The notes under the pieces were generated by a model. It was not told the origin of the DNA and made no database searches. It was given only the letters and a program-made list of their open reading frames with translations. A stretch of DNA of 64,000 bases from Candidatus Limnocylindrales bacterium (GTDB taxonomy: Bacteria; Chloroflexota; Limnocylindria; Limnocylindrales; CSP1-4), in contig DASUFO010000087.1 of assembly GCA_036274475.1 (NCBI GenBank), positions 72,936-136,935 of the forward strand, in the 5' to 3' direction. Below are positions 41,763-51,590 of the stretch, in pieces; the first letter of the stretch is position 1; each line of letters opens with the position of its first letter. The position numbers and the translations under genes were made by a program.

Positions 41763-42467
41763 ATGACCCGAGAGGGGATCACAGCGCCACGGACGAGGAA
41801 TGCCGTCGCGAGGCGATCGGTCGCAGCGATGCTGGCGGTCGTCGCGCTGAGTCTTGGGACCGTCGGCGGGGCAGCCGCAAAGGGTCTCACCGTCGACCCG
41901 TCCGATCCGCGGCTCACGCCGAATCCAATCGAGAACTCTGACGAGGGAACCGCATGGACATGCCGGCTCGCCGGGACGGACGTCGCGTGTGCCGGCAGGC
42001 TGAAGCTCACCTGGGGGATCCAGGAGGGCCCCGGCGACACGTGTGCCGTCCCGCTGTTCAGCATCGACGGGCTCTTCAGTCGGGAACAGACGCGGTACTA
42101 CGCCCTCGACCCGGCGAGCGGTCTCTACCTCGAAGTCAAGCGGCTCATCCACCTCGACGCGGAGGAGTACCTCACGCCTGATCCCGATCCGACTTCGACG
42201 AACGTCGTCTACGGCCGTTTGAGCATGACGTGGGTCTCGACGTTCCAGACGCCGGGCGATCTCGACTCGCGCAGCACGCGGAAGCAGGGCATCGATACGT
42301 TCATCAAGCCACCGACCGGCGGCGCCTTCATCCTGGATGTGGGCCAGAAGACCGAGGATCTGACGATCGCTCCGGGCGAGGACTTCAACTTCAGGGGTCG
42401 CTGGGATATCGCGCTCGGCGATCACGATGTGGAGTTCGGGAAGATCTGCGCGGCGCTGGGTCTGTAG
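41763..42467 (+). CDS. Secreted protein, unknown function
   Basis: Signal peptide RRSVAAMLAVVALSLGTVGGAAA. 234 aa with several Cys. I recognise no family. Confidence 0.5.
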   Translation: MTREGITAPRTRNAVARRSVAAMLAVVALSLGTVGGAAAKGLTVDPSDPRLTPNPIENSDEGTAWTCRLAGTDVACAGRLKLTWGIQEGPGDTCAVPLFSIDGLFSREQTRYYALDPASGLYLEVKRLIHLDAEEYLTPDPDPTSTNVVYGRLSMTWVSTFQTPGDLDSRSTRKQGIDTFIKPPTGGAFILDVGQKTEDLTIAPGEDFNFRGRWDIALGDHDVEFGKICAALGL

Positions 42468-42491
42468 CGACGTAGCTGCTTGCGGTCATGA

Positions 42492-42527
42492 GAGTCGGGC
42501 TCGCGACGCGGGCCCGGCTCATTTGTT
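42492..42527 (+). terminator. Possible intrinsic terminator
   Basis: gagtcgggc...gcccggctc stem (one G-U pair) followed by atttgtt. Confidence 0.45.
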
Positions 42528-42661
42528 ACCCGTCTGTCGACAACGCGACAAACCGCGCCAAATCCCGCAACGGGCCATCCGTCGCCACGTCTCTCTGCCG
42601 ACCGGGCAAGCCGTTAGGACCTACCGAACCCGGTGCCCAGGTCAGAGGGGAGACCCGAACA

Positions 42662-43519
42662 ATGCGAAGGGCAATCGTCCTCGTCGCCGCGTTTGCGATG
42701 GTGCTCGCAGCGGCGGCACCGGTCTCGGCTGCGGGTGGGTCGAGCGGGGACAAGGCCAAGCTTTACTACCTGTCGGTTGGCGACTCGCTCGCGGCGAGCG
42801 TCCAGCCGATCGGCGACCCGAACGACCTGTTCCGGACCGATCGCGGCTACGCCGAGCAGCTCCTGGCGACCGCCAAGAGTAAGTACCCGAAGCTGGCACT
42901 CGAGAAGCTCGGCTGTCCGGGCGAGACCACGACCACGATGATCAACGGCGGGATCTGCGAGTACGACCACGGCTCGCAGCTCGACGAGGCCGTCGCGTTC
43001 CTCCAGGGCCATCGCCAGTTCGTCGCGTTCATCACGATCGACATCGGCGCGAACGACTTCAATTGCGCCGGCGGCTACTGCATCGAACAGGGTGTCCAGT
43101 CCATCCAGGCGAACCTGCCGTCCATCGTCGCCACGCTGCGCGAAGCAGCCGGGCCGAACATCCCGATCATCGGGATGACGCTCTACAACCCGTTCCTCGC
43201 GAACTGGCTGACGGGCCCCGACGGCCAGCAGCTCGCGATCGCCAGCGCGAGCCAGCTGATGGGCCCGGTGAACTTCGTCATCCGGAGCATCTTCGAGGCC
43301 GGCGGCGCGGGCGTTGCCGACATCGAGACCGAGTTCTCGTCGAACGACTTCGCGACGCAGGTCGACCTCGGCGGCGGCCTCATCGTCCCGCTGAATGTCG
43401 CCCGGATCTGCATGTGGACGTGGGTCTGCGCCCCGGCGCCGTACGGCCCGGACAACCACGCCAACGAGGCCGGGTACGGCGCGATCGCCCACGCGTTCGC
43501 CATCAAGCTCGGGCTCTAG
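42662..43519 (+). CDS. Secreted SGNH/GDSL hydrolase
   Basis: Trimmed to the ATG at 42662. MRRAIVLVAAFAMVLAAAAPVSA signal peptide. Block I YYLSVGDSLAAS, ITIDIGANDF, C-terminal DNHANEAGY (DxxH). Confidence 0.8.
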   Translation: MRRAIVLVAAFAMVLAAAAPVSAAGGSSGDKAKLYYLSVGDSLAASVQPIGDPNDLFRTDRGYAEQLLATAKSKYPKLALEKLGCPGETTTTMINGGICEYDHGSQLDEAVAFLQGHRQFVAFITIDIGANDFNCAGGYCIEQGVQSIQANLPSIVATLREAAGPNIPIIGMTLYNPFLANWLTGPDGQQLAIASASQLMGPVNFVIRSIFEAGGAGVADIETEFSSNDFATQVDLGGGLIVPLNVARICMWTWVCAPAPYGPDNHANEAGYGAIAHAFAIKLGL

Positions 43520-43542
43520 CGACCAATCGCACCTTGACTACG

Positions 43543-43571
43543 CCGGACGGGTGCCGCTTGGCACCGTCCGG
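43543..43571 (+). terminator. Hairpin after the SGNH hydrolase gene
   Basis: ccggacgggtgcc-gctt-ggcaccgtccgg (one bulge), followed by caatttcgatt. Confidence 0.55.
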
Positions 43572-43662
43572 CAATTTCGATTCCGGGGACCGCTGAGCGT
43601 TTTCGTCTCGGCGCGCGTCGATTGGATATGCGACCAATCAGCGTGCAAGAGGCACGCAAACC

Positions 43663-44220
43663 ATGATCGCGGCTGGGACACTGCTCCCCGTGGAGGGTGT
43701 CCCAGCGAGCGAGGTCATCGCTGTCGGTCCGTCCGAGGCCGACGTCGTCATCGGCGACCTCGAGCTCCAGCACGGCCAGGCCCTGTTCGGCTTCGTCCGC
43801 CGGCAGGGTCTTGCCGACGTCGAGGCCCAGGACGCGGTCCAGGACGTGCTCTTCCGGCTGTGGCTCGAGCTTCGATCCGGAACCGTCGTCGAGAACCCTC
43901 GGGCCTGGGCGTATCGCGCTGTCTATCGGATCGCGATGGATCACCATCGCCTGCGAACCCGGATCGCGTCGCTCGCCAAGCGCCTCGAGCGGGGGCGCGA
44001 CGATCCATCGCACGACACCGCCGATCGGGTCGCCGTGTGGACCGAAGTGGAGCGATTGCCGGAACGACAGCGGCAGGTGCTCTACCTGCGCTTCCGGGGC
44101 GACCTGTCGTTCGAAGAGATCGGCCCGATCCTTGGAATCACGTCCAGCGCTGCCCGCAGCCACGCGACGCAGGCGCTTGCCACGCTGCGCCGGCGCCTCG
44201 GCCCGGATGGAGAGCTCTGA
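43663..44220 (+). CDS. ECF-type RNA polymerase sigma-70 family factor
   Basis: 185 aa. Region 2: AQDAVQDVLFRLW...NPRAWAYRAVYRIAMDHHR. Region 4: LPERQRQVLYLRFRGDLSFEEIGPILGITSSAARSHATQALATLRR. Confidence 0.9.
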   Translation: MIAAGTLLPVEGVPASEVIAVGPSEADVVIGDLELQHGQALFGFVRRQGLADVEAQDAVQDVLFRLWLELRSGTVVENPRAWAYRAVYRIAMDHHRLRTRIASLAKRLERGRDDPSHDTADRVAVWTEVERLPERQRQVLYLRFRGDLSFEEIGPILGITSSAARSHATQALATLRRRLGPDGEL

Positions 44221-45221
44221 TGGACGACGAACGGATCGAGCGCGCGCTGCGGCAGGGGCCCCCGGACGAGCCGGCCTACGTCCCGAGCGTCGCCCGACGG
44301 GTTGCCTCGGAGCGCGACGCGACGTCGGCGGCCGGCGGTCCATCGGCGGCGGTCCGACCCGACGGATCGCCGGACCTCGAGGTCCTCCGGCCGGATGGCG
44401 TGCGCCTCCGGGGTAGCCGGTCGTCAAGCCGTCGATCTATCCCGGTCGCGATCGCGGCCGCGCTGGCCATCGCCATCGGCGGGCTGTTGGTCTGGCAGAC
44501 GCGGATCACCGGTCCCGGAGCGACGCCGGCGCCGTCACTCGACCTGCTGGGGCGTCTCAGGGAGTCAGGCACGATCCGGATCGCCGTCTCGAGCGGCCCG
44601 CCGCAAACGGTGTCCGCGGGTGGGGCCTACATCGGCTTCGACGTCGACGTGGCGGAGGCGATCGCCGGGGAGCTCGGGCTGGATGCGGATGTTTCCGCTG
44701 TTGCGGACTTCGCGGCTGGCGAGGCTGACCTGCTGCTTCCGGGCGGTACGGGCGCCGGCGGCGGCGCCGAAGCGAGCGAGCCCTACGCATACTGGCCGAT
44801 CTTGCTCGCCGCGGGAGCGGAGTCGCCCGTGACGGACCTGGCGTCCCTTGCCGGCGCCCGTATCTGCGTCGTCGAAGGCTCGACCGGGGCTGCGTGGCTG
44901 GCGGCGCAGGGCACCGCGGGAAGCGTCCTCGGGCGGGCAAGTGATGATGAATGCGTTGCCGCCGTGACCGATGGAAGTGCGGACGCGATGGTGTCCGAGA
45001 GCCTCCTCGCGGACGAGCTCGTCTCTCGAGGACTTCGTCTCGTTCTCCCGACGCCGGTCACGGAAGAGGCGTGGACGGCCGTTGCAGCGCCCGGCAGCGA
45101 CTCGGCAACGCTCATCCACGCGGTCGACCGCGCGATTGCCAAGCTGCGGACATCCGGTCGGCTCGAGGAGATTTCCAGGTCTTCGTTCGGCGGTCAGGAT
45201 GTTACGGTTCACCAGCCATGA
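44220..45221 (+). CDS. Single-pass membrane protein: short cytoplasmic N-terminus, TM, extracytoplasmic family-3 solute-binding-like domain (candidate anti-sigma/sensor)
   Basis: ATG at 44220 overlaps the sigma stop (TGATG). MDDERIERALRQGPPDEPAYVP..., TM IPVAIAAALAIAIGGLLVW, then LLGRLRESGTIRIAVSSGPPQ...YIGFDVDVAEAIAGELGL...ICVVEGSTGAAWL...AIAKLRTSGRLEEISRSSFG. The track ORF 43395..45221 is trimmed. Confidence 0.7.
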   Translation: MDDERIERALRQGPPDEPAYVPSVARRVASERDATSAAGGPSAAVRPDGSPDLEVLRPDGVRLRGSRSSSRRSIPVAIAAALAIAIGGLLVWQTRITGPGATPAPSLDLLGRLRESGTIRIAVSSGPPQTVSAGGAYIGFDVDVAEAIAGELGLDADVSAVADFAAGEADLLLPGGTGAGGGAEASEPYAYWPILLAAGAESPVTDLASLAGARICVVEGSTGAAWLAAQGTAGSVLGRASDDECVAAVTDGSADAMVSESLLADELVSRGLRLVLPTPVTEEAWTAVAAPGSDSATLIHAVDRAIAKLRTSGRLEEISRSSFGGQDVTVHQP

Positions 45222-47392
45222 GGGGTCGAGGGCGTCGCGTCTCGCGTCCCGCGCTCCTTGTCGGGATCCTTCTCGTGGCCTGCGTCATCGGTTGCGACGC
45301 CATCGCGCCGAACCCGAGCGCGTCGCTCGCGGCGAAGCCACCGGCGGACGCCGCGGCGGGCCCGCCTCCGCTTGCAGATGTCCTCGCGTTTCGTGGCAGC
45401 TTCGCCCGCACCGGCCAGATGCCCGGCCCCGGACCGGAAGGCAAGCCCGTCCAGCTCTGGGTTTCCGAGCCAACGGCCGGCTTTGAGGCAGCGCCGCTCG
45501 TGGTCGGCGGCCTCGTGATTGCAGCGTCCCTGGAGGGCGAGGTCATCGCTCTCGATGGCGCCACCGGCGAGGATCGCGGGCACCTCCAACTCCCCGCGGG
45601 GGTTTCGGGGAGCCCCGCAGCTGCCGGTGACATCTTGTTCATCGTCACGCGCGATGGCGAGCTTCGGGCAGTGTCCGTGAGGGATTGGAAGGACGTCTGG
45701 ACTCGGCCGGGCTACGACGCCGATGCGGCTCCGGCGGTAGCCGGGGATCTCGTGCTGGCAGGTCGAGCGGACGGCGCACTCGTCGCCCGCCGAATCGAGG
45801 ACGGCACGGAGGCGTGGGTGGAACCAGCCGCCGCGGCCGCTCGAGTGTCAGTGGCCGACGGTCGGGTGGCAATGTCCGGCGCCAGCTCGGACAAGGTCAA
45901 GATGGTCGAGCTCGACGACAGGACGTCGGTGTTCGAGGAATCGACCGGCGGCGCCGAGGCCGGCACCGTCGCCCGGCTCGACGGCAACGCCTACGTCGCA
46001 CATCGCGATGTCAACGGCGGCTCGAACGGCGTCGACGCGTTCGACAACACCGGCAAGCGAATCTGGCCGTCCTGGGACGAGCCGGAGCGGGTACGGATCG
46101 ATGGGCTTGCCGTCGACAACGACAACGTCTACGTCGTCACCGATACGCCAGCGCGAGTCCATGCCATCGAGCGCGCGAGCGGCCGCACACGGTGGGTGGC
46201 CGATGACGTCAACCAGGCAAATCTCGGCGACATCGCGCTCGTTGACGGCCTCCTCTACATCGTCGGCTTTCCCAACGGGCTGTCCGCCATCGATACGTCG
46301 AATAGTGAGATCGTCTGGAGCGTCCCGCTCGCGACCGCCAGACCCTGCCGGATCGTCGTCTCCGGCGGGCTGGTCATCGCCGCGACGTCAGTTAACGGCA
46401 AGGGGCGCATCGTCGCGTTTGCCGGACCATCTGACCCGCGCCGCGACGCGGCCCTGGCCCACAGCCCCTCGCCTGACGGGGCTTCGGCAGCCGCCGATCC
46501 TTCCCCGACATCCGGCCCCGGCGTCCGGCGGCTCAACGAACATCAGGTCGACGCCGATGCGGATCTCATCGGCGGCACCCTCGGGCCCGACGGGACGCTG
46601 TACGTGCCTGACGTCGCAAACCATCGGATTCTGGTCCTGGATCGCGACGGCAACCAGCGTTGGTGGGGTGAGCAGGGAGCAGGGAAGGGTCAGTTCGATT
46701 TCACGGAAGCGACGCAGAACGACGGACCTGCGGGCATTGCCGTATCGCCCGACGGAGAGCTCATCGCCGTCGGCGAGGCTGGCAACCACCGCATCCAGCT
46801 CTTCAACCGGGACCTCGAGCACATTCGGTTCATTGGCCGCACAGGCCGAGGCGACGGGCAGTTCATCACGCCGTATCCGACCGTCGGCGCCGATCACCGG
46901 ATCTGGGTGGTCGATCCCGGCCGGGCCGATGTCCAGATCTTCGACGAGGCGGGGGCGTTCCTCGGGAAGTTTCCGAGCGACGGCGATACCGACCATGAGC
47001 TGTCCCGGCCCGGGCCGGTCTTTGTCCGCGACGATGCGGACGAGATCTTCGTACCGGACTTCGCGCACCGGCGGGTTGCAGTCTTCCGGAAGGACGGGTC
47101 GTGGCTGCGCTCGTATGAGGCCAACTCGAAGGAGCGCTTCTACCTGGGCGAAGTCAACATAGCGATGACGGATCCCGACGGCCGCGTGCTGATCGTTGAC
47201 ACGTCGAACCGGATCTTCTTCCTGGATCCGGATGGCCACCTCGTGCAGACGCTGTCCATCAACGAGGCGATCGGTAGTCCGGACCCGTCGGGCCTGGCCA
47301 TCAGCCCGACCGGCCGGCTCTTCGTCGTAGATCGGGCGACGGATCGTATCCTCGAGGCCCAGCTCGAGTCACCCTTCTGGCCCGCTGACTGA
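45218..47392 (+). CDS. Lipoprotein with an N-terminal PQQ-like (BamB-like) beta-propeller and C-terminal NHL-repeat propeller
   Basis: ATG at 45218 overlaps the upstream stop (ATGA). Lipobox LLVGILLVACVIGC. PQQ-like repeats: GGLVIAASLEGEVIALDGATGE and others. NHL repeats: GTLYVPDVANHRILVLDRDG, GELIAVGEAGNHRIQLFN, IFVPDFAHRRVAVFRKDG, LFVVDRATDRILE. Confidence 0.75.
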   Translation: MRGRGRRVSRPALLVGILLVACVIGCDAIAPNPSASLAAKPPADAAAGPPPLADVLAFRGSFARTGQMPGPGPEGKPVQLWVSEPTAGFEAAPLVVGGLVIAASLEGEVIALDGATGEDRGHLQLPAGVSGSPAAAGDILFIVTRDGELRAVSVRDWKDVWTRPGYDADAAPAVAGDLVLAGRADGALVARRIEDGTEAWVEPAAAAARVSVADGRVAMSGASSDKVKMVELDDRTSVFEESTGGAEAGTVARLDGNAYVAHRDVNGGSNGVDAFDNTGKRIWPSWDEPERVRIDGLAVDNDNVYVVTDTPARVHAIERASGRTRWVADDVNQANLGDIALVDGLLYIVGFPNGLSAIDTSNSEIVWSVPLATARPCRIVVSGGLVIAATSVNGKGRIVAFAGPSDPRRDAALAHSPSPDGASAAADPSPTSGPGVRRLNEHQVDADADLIGGTLGPDGTLYVPDVANHRILVLDRDGNQRWWGEQGAGKGQFDFTEATQNDGPAGIAVSPDGELIAVGEAGNHRIQLFNRDLEHIRFIGRTGRGDGQFITPYPTVGADHRIWVVDPGRADVQIFDEAGAFLGKFPSDGDTDHELSRPGPVFVRDDADEIFVPDFAHRRVAVFRKDGSWLRSYEANSKERFYLGEVNIAMTDPDGRVLIVDTSNRIFFLDPDGHLVQTLSINEAIGSPDPSGLAISPTGRLFVVDRATDRILEAQLESPFWPAD

Positions 47393-47473
47393 GCGATCTC
47401 TCACGTCGGCTCTTCTTGGATTCGGATGGTTCGGAGGCCCCATCGGCCTGCGCTATACTCCCGGCTCCGGCGT

Positions 47474-47549
<76 letters not shown>

Positions 47550-47566
47550 CTCGCCTGACACGAACG

Positions 47567-47598
47567 GACCCCTTCGGATATCCCGAAGGGGTCTTCTC
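47567..47598 (+). terminator. Intrinsic terminator after tRNA-Ala(GGC)
   Basis: gaccccttcgg-atatc-ccgaaggggtc (perfect 11-bp stem) followed by ttctc. Confidence 0.75.
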
Positions 47599-47689
47599 AT
47601 GCATCCGTGCCTCCGCACCCGTCGGATCTCTATCATCGGGGCGTACCGGGGCTCGACGCAGCACGTGTGGTGGGGGCCAGGAGGGATCG

Positions 47690-48550
47690 ATGGCCGGATC
47701 ACTGCTCGATCATCCCGGCGCGGAGGAGACGGGATTCGCAGACAGTGACGGCGTCCGGATTGCGTGGCGAGCGTACGGCGACGGCCCCGAGACGATCCTG
47801 TTCCTGCCGACGTGGAACTTCGTCGACTCCCGCGTCGTGCGCCACCAGGTCGACGGCCTTCGCGATCGATTCCGGGTCATTACGTTCGATGCCCGCGGGT
47901 CTGGCGACAGCGACCATCCCCCAACCGGCTACCGCTTTGACGACCACATGCGCGACGCCGTCGCCGTGATGGACGCAACCAACATGGCGACCATGTCGAT
48001 CGTCGCAGCGTCCAGGGGCATGCACGTCGCGGTCCCGCTCGCGATTCGCAACCCGGACCGCGTGCTGGGCCTCGTCCTGGTCGTGCCCTCGATCGATCTT
48101 CCGGGCGACGAAGCACCGGCGCCGCCGGCGGACCTGCCCGACATCGGGGACGAGCCCGATTGGACGACCGACTACGAGGCCTTCGTCCGCTGGTTCATCT
48201 CAGCGTGCTTCCCCGAGCCAAGTAGCGAGACGACGATCGCCGAGATCGTGGAGATCGCCCTGGACGCCGATCGCGCAATGCTCGTTCAGCAGGCCGATGA
48301 GCTCGACTGGGACCAGGCGCCCCGACTGCTCGCCGGCCTTCGGTGCCCGACGCTGGTGATCCACGGCGCCGCGGATCCGACGGTTGATGTCGCCTCGGTG
48401 AAGGCCGTCGCGGCGGCCATCCCGGGCGCCGAGCTCGCTCTGCTGGAGGGCCTTGGGCATCGCCCCGACATCAGCCGGCCGGACATCGTCAATCCGCTCA
48501 TCGCGGACTTCGTGAGTTCGCGTGCCGGGGCTCCGTCGGCCGCCCGCTGA
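47690..48550 (+). CDS. Alpha/beta hydrolase fold protein
   Basis: Trimmed to the ATG at 47690 (ggagg upstream). ILFLPTWNF...ITFDARGSGDS, nucleophile elbow VAASRGM, C-terminal GLGHRPD. Confidence 0.75.
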   Translation: MAGSLLDHPGAEETGFADSDGVRIAWRAYGDGPETILFLPTWNFVDSRVVRHQVDGLRDRFRVITFDARGSGDSDHPPTGYRFDDHMRDAVAVMDATNMATMSIVAASRGMHVAVPLAIRNPDRVLGLVLVVPSIDLPGDEAPAPPADLPDIGDEPDWTTDYEAFVRWFISACFPEPSSETTIAEIVEIALDADRAMLVQQADELDWDQAPRLLAGLRCPTLVIHGAADPTVDVASVKAVAAAIPGAELALLEGLGHRPDISRPDIVNPLIADFVSSRAGAPSAAR

Positions 48551-48610
48551 GTCGCGGCTCAGAGGGCCTGCCGTGGCGCGCCGTCGGCGCGCGAGATAGC
48601 ATCCCGGACG

Positions 48611-51190
48611 ATGACGACGACGAGCGATCGATCGGATCGCGCCGAACGGGGCGCGCGCGCCAGGATCGAGCGGTACGACCCCGCCTCGATCGAGCCGAAG
48701 TGGCAGGCGAAGTGGGAAGAGCTCGGCCTTCACAAGACCGACCTCGACGACTCGACGCGGCCGCGCTACTACCTGCTGACGATGTACCCATATCCGTCGG
48801 GCGACATCCACATCGGCCACTGGTACATCAAGACCCCGACCGACGCGATCGCCCGGTTCCATCGGATGCACGGCGAGAACGTCTTCTTCCCGATCGGCTT
48901 CGACGCATTCGGGTTGCCGGCCGAGAACGCCGCGATCAAGAACAACATCAACCCTCGCGACTGGACGATGTCGAACATCGCCAACATGCGCCGGCAGCTG
49001 CGGACGATGGGCGCGACGTTCGACTGGAGCGCCGAGGTCGTCACTGCCGACCCGAGCTACTACAAGTGGAACCAGTGGCTGTTCCTGCGCTTCCTCGAGG
49101 CCGGGCTGGCATACCGGACAAAGTCGGCCGTCGACTGGTGTCCCAACGACGGGACCCTGGCGCGCGAGCAGGTCGAGGGTGTCGACCGGCACTGCTGGCG
49201 CTGCGGCGCTCGCGTCGAAAAGCGCGAGCTCGACCAGTGGTATCTGCGGGTCACGAAGTACGCCGACGAGCTGCTCGACTTCAGCGGGATCGATTTCCCC
49301 GAGCCGATCCGGACCCAGCAGACGAACTGGATCGGCCGATCGGAGGGCGGCGAGATCGTCTTCACGACGGCGCCGTCGGACCATCACGCCGGCGGCGAGG
49401 AGCTGCGGGTCTTCACGACCCGGCCCGACACGCTCTTCGGGGCGACATTCATGGTCCTGGCCCCGGAGCACCCGCTGGTCGAGACGCTGACCGCGCCCGA
49501 TCGCCGGGCGGAGGTGAAGGCGTACGTCGCGCAGGCCGAGCGTGAGACTGAAATCGAGCGGCTCTCAACCGACCGCGAGAAAACGGGCGTCGCGATCGGC
49601 GCCGAAGCGATCAACCCCGTCAACGGCGAGCGCATCCCGATCTTCATCGCCGACTACGTGCTGGCCGGCTACGGCACGGGCGCGATCATGGCCGTCCCGG
49701 CCCACGACGAACGCGACTACGCGTTCGCCGAGAAATTCGGGCTGGAGATCCGGCGCGTCGTCGCGGCGCCCGGCGAAGAGGACATTGCGCTGGATGGCGC
49801 GTACATCGCCCACACGGCGGGCGAGCGGCTGGTCAACAGCGGCGACTACAGCGGCCTGCCGGCCGACGAGGGCGGGCGGCGAATCCTCGCCGACCTCGAG
49901 GCGCGCGGTGCCGGGCGCGCCGCCGTGACCTACCGGCTCCGGGACTGGCTGATCAGCCGCCAGCGCTACTGGGGCACACCGTTCCCGATCATCCACTGCC
50001 CGACGCATGGCATCGTGCCGGTGCCCGACGAGGATCTCCCGGTCCTGTTACCGGACACCGTCGACTACGCAGGCAGTGGCGTGAGCCCGCTGACGCGGGA
50101 CGAGGCGTTCCTGAACGTGGCCTGCCCCATCGACGGCGAGCCGGCGAAGCGCGAGACCGACACGATGGACACGTTCATCGACTCGGCCTGGTACTGGTAT
50201 CGCTACCTCTCGCCGAACAAGCCGGACGGCCCGATCGACTACGACCAGGTCGAGACGTGGACGCCGGTCGAGCAGTACACCGGTGGCGCCGAGCACGCGG
50301 TCATGCACCTGCTCTACGCCCGCGAGTTCACGAAGATGATGCGCGACGTCGGGCTGATCCAGCAGAACGAGCCGTGGAAGAAGGTGTTCAACCAGGGCCA
50401 GATCCTGGGCATGGACGGCGAGCGGATGTCGAAGTCGCGGGGCAACACCCAGGACCCCGACGAGCTCGTCGCCAAGTACGGCGCCGACACGATCCGACTG
50501 TTCCTGATGTTCATGGGGCCGTGGGACCAGGGCGGACCGTGGAGCCCGACCGGGATCGGTGGCGTCCACCGGTTCCTGAACCGCGTCTGGACGATCGGCA
50601 TCGATCCGACGGGCCTGGAGCCGGGCGACCCCGAGGCCGGATCACTGCCGGCTGGCCAGAGTGAGGCGGACGCTCGCACCGCTCTCCGTCACGCCGCGCA
50701 CCGCACGCTCCAGGCGGTCACCGTCGACTACGGCAACTTCCACTTCAACACGATGATCGCCAAGCTGATGGAGTTGGCAAACGTCCTCATGCGCTATCGC
50801 GGGACGAGCGTGACCGCAACGCCGGAGTGGGACGAGGCGGTTCGGATGCTGCTGCTGATGCTCGCCCCGGCCGCCCCGCACATCACCGAGGAGATCTGGT
50901 CGCGGCGCCTCGAGGCGGCGAGCGAGCCGTGGGCGTCGATCCACACCCAGCGCTGGCCTGAGGTCGATCCCACCGCCGTGGCCGAGGACACGCGAGAGGT
51001 GCCGATCCAGGTCAACGGCAAGCTTCGCGACAAGGTCACCGTGCCGGTCGGGATCAGCGAGATCGAGCTCGAGCAGATCGTTCTCGCCCGGGACAAGGTC
51101 CGTGCCGCGCTCGGCGGCAAGGAGCCGCTGAAGATCATCCATGCCGGCGGCGGGCGGCTGGTCAACATCGTCGTTCGCCAGGACGCCTGA
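48611..51190 (+). CDS. leuS: Leucine--tRNA ligase
   Basis: 859 aa. MYPYPSGDIHIGHW (HIGH), CWRCGARVE zinc/CP1 region, MSKSRGN (KMSKS). Confidence 0.98.
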   Translation: MTTTSDRSDRAERGARARIERYDPASIEPKWQAKWEELGLHKTDLDDSTRPRYYLLTMYPYPSGDIHIGHWYIKTPTDAIARFHRMHGENVFFPIGFDAFGLPAENAAIKNNINPRDWTMSNIANMRRQLRTMGATFDWSAEVVTADPSYYKWNQWLFLRFLEAGLAYRTKSAVDWCPNDGTLAREQVEGVDRHCWRCGARVEKRELDQWYLRVTKYADELLDFSGIDFPEPIRTQQTNWIGRSEGGEIVFTTAPSDHHAGGEELRVFTTRPDTLFGATFMVLAPEHPLVETLTAPDRRAEVKAYVAQAERETEIERLSTDREKTGVAIGAEAINPVNGERIPIFIADYVLAGYGTGAIMAVPAHDERDYAFAEKFGLEIRRVVAAPGEEDIALDGAYIAHTAGERLVNSGDYSGLPADEGGRRILADLEARGAGRAAVTYRLRDWLISRQRYWGTPFPIIHCPTHGIVPVPDEDLPVLLPDTVDYAGSGVSPLTRDEAFLNVACPIDGEPAKRETDTMDTFIDSAWYWYRYLSPNKPDGPIDYDQVETWTPVEQYTGGAEHAVMHLLYAREFTKMMRDVGLIQQNEPWKKVFNQGQILGMDGERMSKSRGNTQDPDELVAKYGADTIRLFLMFMGPWDQGGPWSPTGIGGVHRFLNRVWTIGIDPTGLEPGDPEAGSLPAGQSEADARTALRHAAHRTLQAVTVDYGNFHFNTMIAKLMELANVLMRYRGTSVTATPEWDEAVRMLLLMLAPAAPHITEEIWSRRLEAASEPWASIHTQRWPEVDPTAVAEDTREVPIQVNGKLRDKVTVPVGISEIELEQIVLARDKVRAALGGKEPLKIIHAGGGRLVNIVVRQDA

Positions 51191-51194
51191 TCGA

Positions 51195-51590
51195 ATGCCC
51201 CACGTCGAGCGGCTGGGATCGTCGGGCCCGACGCAGAAGGACTTCGACACGCTGCTGGCAAATCACACCCCCGTGATCCAGGAGACCGCGCGCGCCCTGC
51301 GGCAGGTCCTTGTGGCGGCTTTCCCCGAGGCGGTCGAGCAGGTCGACTTCGGGAACAAGCTGCTGGCCGTCGGCAAGTCGATGGCGATGCGCGACCTGAC
51401 GTTCGCGATCATCCCCCACTCCGGGCACGTCAACCTCCAGCTCGCCGACGGGCTCGAGGTCCCGGACCCGACCGGGCTCGTCGAAGGCACCGGCAAGCGG
51501 ATCCGCCACGTCAAGGTCCGGTCCGTGGAGGCCGCTGCGGCCCCCGCCCTGCGGGCGATCGTCGACGCCCAGGTCGCGCTGCGGCGGTGA
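51195..51590 (+). CDS. DUF1801 (YdhG-like) domain protein
   Basis: Trimmed to the ATG at 51195. 131 aa. The pattern RALRQVLVAAFPEAVEQVDFGNKLLAVG...IIPHSGHVNLQL is typical of this family by recollection. Confidence 0.5.
   Translation: MPHVERLGSSGPTQKDFDTLLANHTPVIQETARALRQVLVAAFPEAVEQVDFGNKLLAVGKSMAMRDLTFAIIPHSGHVNLQLADGLEVPDPTGLVEGTGKRIRHVKVRSVEAAAAPALRAIVDAQVALRR

Noticed and set aside
43519-43639. Repeated 10-mer gcgaccaatc (43519 and 43630) upstream of the ECF sigma gene, and an attempt to find a GGAAC-N16/17-CGTC ECF promoter
   Set aside because: A single 10-nt repeat could be chance. The only GGGACC...CGTC pair has a spacer that is too short (about 12 nt), so no ECF promoter call is justified.
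48551-48610. Looked for a T-box leader upstream of leuS
   Set aside because: Only 60 nt of intergenic sequence is available, which is too short for a T-box. No specifier loop or T-box sequence was seen.
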